64,000 bases of DNA from Lingula anatina (Eukaryota > Animalia > Brachiopoda). The DNA lies in the NCBI GenBank assembly GCA_051362555.1, contig CM120647.1, positions 15,538,651 to 15,602,650 of the forward strand, in the 5' to 3' direction. Shown here piece by piece: positions 60,939 through 64,000 of the stretch. The translations under genes and the position numbers were made by a program. Under the pieces are notes generated by a model, which was given only the letters and a program-made list of their open reading frames with translations, was not told where the DNA came from and did no database searches. Every line of letters begins with the position of its first letter. The first letter of the stretch is position 1.

Positions 60939-63106
60939 CCTGTGTAACATGAAAATCTGACCCCCATGAAAATCTGACACCCCCAGTCAGATTTTCATAA
61001 TTTTTCTTTTTGAGTATAGAACTGTGATCTTGTAGTATGTAAAATGAAGGATACAGTGCACTTTTTTGTAGTTTGCAGGTGAAAATTTTCATGAAAAAAT
61101 AAGAAAATTAAAAATGTGCACACAATGAAAATCTGGTTCCCCCTCCACAAAACTTCATAAATCTTATTTTATTTTGAGTATATGACTGTGATCTTGTAGT
61201 ATGTAAAATGGAGGATACATTGGCACTTTTTTTTTTTTTGTAGTTTGCAGGTGAAAATCTTCATGAAAAAATAAAATTAAAAATGTGCACATAATGGAAA
61301 TCTGACTCCCCCATGAAAATTTGACTCCCCCTCCACAAATATTCCTAAATTTTAATTTATTTTGAGTATATGACTGTGATCTTGTAGTATGTAAAATGGA
61401 GGATACATTGGCACTTTTTTGTAGTTTGCAGGTGAAAATTTTCATGAAAAAATAAGAAAATTAAAAATGTGCACTTAACCGCCCATTGTCTCCCCTATGA
61501 AAAAGCTATCTATTTAACATTTGATGATCATTTCAACACCTTTTCTTAACTTTTACTATATGAAGATTATATTGGAAATATTTAAAAGTTTGATAGTAAA
61601 ATATTGGGTGAAAAAGAAAAAAAAAAACATGAAAAATAAGAAAATTAAAAATGTGCATTTTATCACCCAATAACTCCCCATTGAAAAAGCTATCTATTTA
61701 ATATTTGATGATCATTTCAACACCTTTCCTTTTAGGATACTTTATGAAAAATATATTGCAAATATTTTAAAGTTTGATGATAAAATTGTGAGTGAAAGAA
61801 TGAAAAAGAAATCATGAAAATCTTCATTTCTATACCCTCGAGATTTGGACTCCCATGAAGAAAAGGACCTATTTTATATTCAGTCAACATACCATTGCTT
61901 TCCACATAGTTTGCATAGAGATGAATATTTTGTTTTTATTTGAAAGTTTGATGGTGAAAATTTTGGTGAATATTTTTAAAACAAGTATCCATCTTACTTC
62001 CTGTAGGTTTTGCACTCTGTAAAAACGCTACATTTTTTACTCAAGAAATTGGCCCATCGCCTTTTTATTTAATTCTTCTTATATAGCATACGCAACTAAA
62101 CACTTGCTGTTGTTTTCCCATTATTTTCCCCAAAGCTGAATGAAAAATGGGGATTAATTAAGCAAAGAGGATAATAAGTATGCATTCTTGCGGCCATAGG
62201 ACTTTGACGACCCAACTTACAAATCAATTGTTTATATTTAATATTTGAATATTTTTTCTTTTAAGCTACGACATATGAATAAGCTACCACCAAGCATGTC
62301 ACATCCCTATCACATTTGAAAGTTTGGTGGTGAAAACCTTTGTCAAAATTGAGAATGTTTTCAAAAGGCATTCATCTTACTACCTGTAGGATTTGGATTG
62401 ACATTTTCTACATTTCTTTTTTTCGCATTAGATAATTTCAGTGCTCAAGGTCCTACCTGTGGCACTTGGTTAATTGCAATTAGGTAGCTGCCAGGGCTGT
62501 GAGATGTTTGGTAGTAGCCTTGTGATCTCAAGTTGATTGCAATAAAGCAATGACCACAGGCATTCCAGTGCTCCAGGCCTTACCTGTGGTACTTGGTAAA
62601 TTGCAATTAGGGGGAGTCAAATTTTCGTGGGGGAGTCAGATTTTCATTGTGTGCACATTTTTAATTTTCTTATTTTTTCATGAAAATTTTCAGCTGCAAA
62701 CTACAAAAAAGTGCCAATGTATCCTCCATTTTACATACTACAAGATCACAGTCATATACTCAAATAAAATGAGATTTAGGCATTTTTGTTGGAAGGAGTC
62801 AAATGTTCACGGGGGAGTCAGATTTTCATTATGTGCACATTTTTAATTTTCTTATTTTTTCATGAAAATTTACACCTGCAAACTATAAAAAAAGTGCCAA
62901 TGTATCCTCCATTATGCATACTACAAGATCATAGTAATTTACTCAAATAAAATTAGATTAATGAATGTTTTTTGAGGGGGAGTCAAATTTTCATGGGGGG
63001 AGTCACATTTTCATTATGAAAATCTTTCATGGGAGTCAGATTTTCATAATGAAAAGCTGACTGGGGAGTCATATTTTAGGGGAGTCAGATTTTCATGGTA
63101 CATCTG
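60939..63106. mobile_element. Foldback-type non-autonomous DNA transposon in intron 2 of copy H
   Basis: TA on both sides; ~500-bp inverted arms (60939-61475 / 62609-63106) built from ~170-190-bp subrepeats and CATGAAAATCTGACTCCCC motifs; no coding capacity. Confidence 0.85.
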
Positions 63107-63326
63107 TATTGTTGTGAGAAATTGTGAGAGTGATAATGGCTCATAAAAACAAGGGATACTAGCACCATAGAAAAATTTTTAAACTAACAAATACAGTTTG
63201 CTCAAAGTTATCAATTGATGAACAAGATGAACGGTCTTTTCAATTTTTTTAGAAAGGGAAAGAGAGAGAAAGAGAAAGACATGGTGTCTGTTCGTGCATG
63301 TGTCAGTGCGTGTGGGTTTGTTTGTT

Positions 63327-63358
<32 letters not shown>

Positions 63359-63568
63359 TGTGTAGGTAAGGGGAGGTGGGAGGAGAAGGAGAGAACCAGG
63401 TTGTGTGTGCGCATGTCATATACTCCGATTGTCGATACTCCGATTCTTTTTGATATAATCTAATGCAACCTTTGTGATGTGCATTCAAATAAGCAAATTC
63501 AAAAAAATCCATCTGTATTCTAAATGGTCAGTTTAATGCAGCGGTTTATTATTTTTCAGTTTATACTT

Positions 63569-63571
<3 letters not shown>

Positions 63572-63657
<86 letters not shown>
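63572..63657. repeat. (TA)n microsatellite just upstream of the exon-3 acceptor of copy H
   Basis: Direct inspection. Confidence 0.95.
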
Positions 63658-63660
<3 letters not shown>

Positions 63661-64000
63661 TTCAGAATAGTCTCCAGTCGAGAGGAAGCATGACCAGTTG
63701 GAAAATAGGAAACTTGTTACTCAGCTAAATGTAAAGCTGCTGCATTTGGATTTTTTTGTGAATTTTGTGTTCAACAATAAGTGGTCATAATAAAAATTGT
63801 ATTAAAATACGCTGTATTTACTGTATAGTAAACGTTTTAAACATTTGTTGTTGTTGGAAATGGTATGAATGCTTTCTACGCCTCTGCTAGCGTATAAAAA
63901 AAAAAATAATAGAAAAAAAATTGGAATACCAATGTTTCTTGACCAATGTAGATCATTCCACATGGAATACGGTTCTGCCAAAGCACATAAAGTATCAATT

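Overview
AT-rich eukaryotic (animal, most likely invertebrate) genomic DNA with spliceosomal introns; there is no prokaryotic gene organisation, rRNA, tRNA or CRISPR. The window has two main components. (1) A head-to-tail tandem array of eight copies (A-H) of a small 3-exon gene on the + strand, which the ORF track misses because it is spliced. It encodes a 62-72 aa secreted precursor: signal peptide MKSCALLVLxxLFxxVVIED(T/S)(A/S)G, then a Gln-initiated mature peptide with an 8-cysteine frame C-x-CC-x3-C-x6-C-x-C-x6-C-x-C. Copies B, D, E, G and H have intact reading frames; A and C lost exon 1, and F lost its first splice donor. Most spacers also carry decayed minus-strand exons of a second gene (TSP1-like domain, KKR site, EGF domain, Cys tail) that was co-duplicated with the array. 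(2) A complete 15,646-bp Maverick/Polinton (adintovirus-like) element at 41080-56725 with 364-bp TIRs and a 6-bp TSD (ACGAGC). It encodes an intron-containing protein-primed PolB, packaging ATPase, adenain protease, major and minor capsid proteins and integrase, plus BIR/IAP, PC4-like and F-box-like cargo. The rest is decayed Tc1/mariner copies, LINE fragments, MITE/foldback elements and microsatellites. All calls were made by eye; family assignments were not checked by database search.
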